From Octopus sinensis (Eukaryota): a stretch of DNA of 64,000 bases. Of the stretch, positions 62,329-64,000 are shown piece by piece. The notes beneath the pieces were generated by a model. That model was not told where the DNA came from, did not search any database, and was given only the letters and a program-made list of their open reading frames with translations. The position numbers and the translations under genes were made by a program. The stretch lies in the NCBI RefSeq assembly GCF_006345805.1, contig NC_043003.1, positions 48,856,001 through 48,920,000 of the forward strand. The letters are read 5' to 3'. Positions within the stretch are counted from its first letter, which is position 1, and every line of letters starts with the position of its first letter.

Positions 62329-64000
62329 ATATATATATATATATATATATACATACATATATACGACAGGCTTCTTTCAGTTTCCGTCTACCAAATCCAC
62401 TCACAAGGCATTGGTCAGCCCGGGGCTATAGCTGAAGACACTTGCCCAAGATGCCACGCAGTGGGGCTGAACCCGGAACCATGTGGTTGGTAGGCAAGCT
62501 ACTTACCACACAGCCACTCCTGTGCAGATGTAATATTATTTTATTTACAGTGTTATGAATTAATAGTGCATACCAGCGTTGCCTTACTGGCACTTGCATC
62601 AGTAGGACATGAAAAAACATTTGATACAAATTAAAACTTATCAAAATTTCATTAATTTATGTTCCACACCAGTTTAATAATGAGTCATTTTATTAAATTC
62701 TTGTTTCTTAGCATACTTCTACGGAAATATGGTAATGAAAGGAATAAAATTAGGATTAGGGAGATTTTATGAAACTGAAACTTGTTAATGGCTTCATTAG
62801 CACATCTGCAGACCAAAGAGACTATCATATTTTAAGTGGTTCATAGTTTGATTTAGTAGCTTTTCTCTGAATGCAGTCTAAGTGACTGTGTCGAGGCTTT
62901 TTTTTTTCAAGATTTAGTCATATTGACGCTTGTACTTAATTTAAGTAAAATGGGTTGCTTCTCTGGTGGTTCACAGACCGACAAATGACAGTCTCCTTTC
63001 CTAAAATAGTGACTTTTTTTTTGGATCTGCCCTATCTGTTAATATGCAGATGAAGTAAATACTTTTTATTTAATTTCATGGTGTTGGACAACTTTAGAAT
63101 ATATTTATTTTATTAAACGAATTTGTACCGTTTCACTCGCAGTTGAACATAAGCCGGGTCTTAAATACGAAAGAGTTAGCTCCCTTCTATAGACGTAGTT
63201 GAGCCTCAAGATTGAAGTTTTCGGCATTTTGTAGTGGGAAATGTTTAACATTTGTTTATAGCAAATATTAATATGCCACAGCATTAATTGTAGTGTCTCA
63301 TTAATTTTTATTTCCTTTTTACAGTTACCCTTAAAAATATATGAAATTGTTTTCCTGCCGGGCAATCTTGCATCAGCAAGGCTTTTCTCCTTTCTTAATT
63401 CCAGTATTATTTCTCAAAGGAACAGTGAAATTGCTTTGTTATCTCACTCCAGCGATTTAACTCTACATAGTCTCCTAAAAGAATTGCAGCAAAACCTTAA
63501 AATACATTCTCAAACGTCTATGCAATGGTGAAATACATATAGGATAAACTAATGCATCTATCCTAGTTTATCATTGAGGTTTGGGTTAAGAAAAAGAAAA
63601 AAACAAACTAAAAAAATACGTGATAAATGAATCATCTCAACGCACTTTAATGGAACGAATGGTAAGATTCAAACTCACAGCTTACGACAACGAAGCTTCC
63701 ATCGTTCTGTATTTTCTTGACCATCTCTACCTTTTCCAGTCAAGGGTGCTGTCGGCTGCGTCATGGGTTAAGACATCTTCATTTTTGTCCTGTTCACGTG
63801 GTGGGTACGAGTACGTAAATCACATTAACACCAGCGAGAGTTCATTCTGGGTAGTTGAACATTTTAGGTGGTCGCTGGGGCGCGTTCCTGCGGTATAAGC
63901 TGAACTTTTTTGATCGTCGTTAAACCGTGATAAGCATAACATGGTTCACAATTGAGTGTACTGTGTTGTCTTGGACCAGTGATGAATGAATCGGATAAAT

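Overview
AT-rich, repeat-dense eukaryotic DNA whose SINE and microsatellite content looks like an octopus (coleoid cephalopod) genome; the organism call is inference. Two spliced + strand host genes can be reconstructed with consistent splice phases. (1) A secreted GH18 chitinase-family gene: 8 exons visible from 1566 to 32938, intact DxDxE motif, no chitin-binding module, start codon not found. (2) Ribosomal protein S16/uS9: 6 coding exons, 50058-60381, 148 aa, with a 5'TOP-like start. The rest is transposable elements: a near-complete Penelope-like (Naiad-type) retroelement whose 3' half plus host flank is duplicated upstream, each copy carrying a hammerhead ribozyme fold; young RTE LINEs; CR1/L2-type LINEs; a solo LTR; mariner, Tigger and piggyBac elements; palindromic MITE-like elements; and many tRNA-derived SINEs. 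Top leads are the pair of hammerheads with complementary defects bracketing the Penelope-like ORF, and a frame-preserving piggyBac-derived cassette exon candidate in RPS16 intron 4. All analysis was by eye; repeat boundaries are approximate unless stated.
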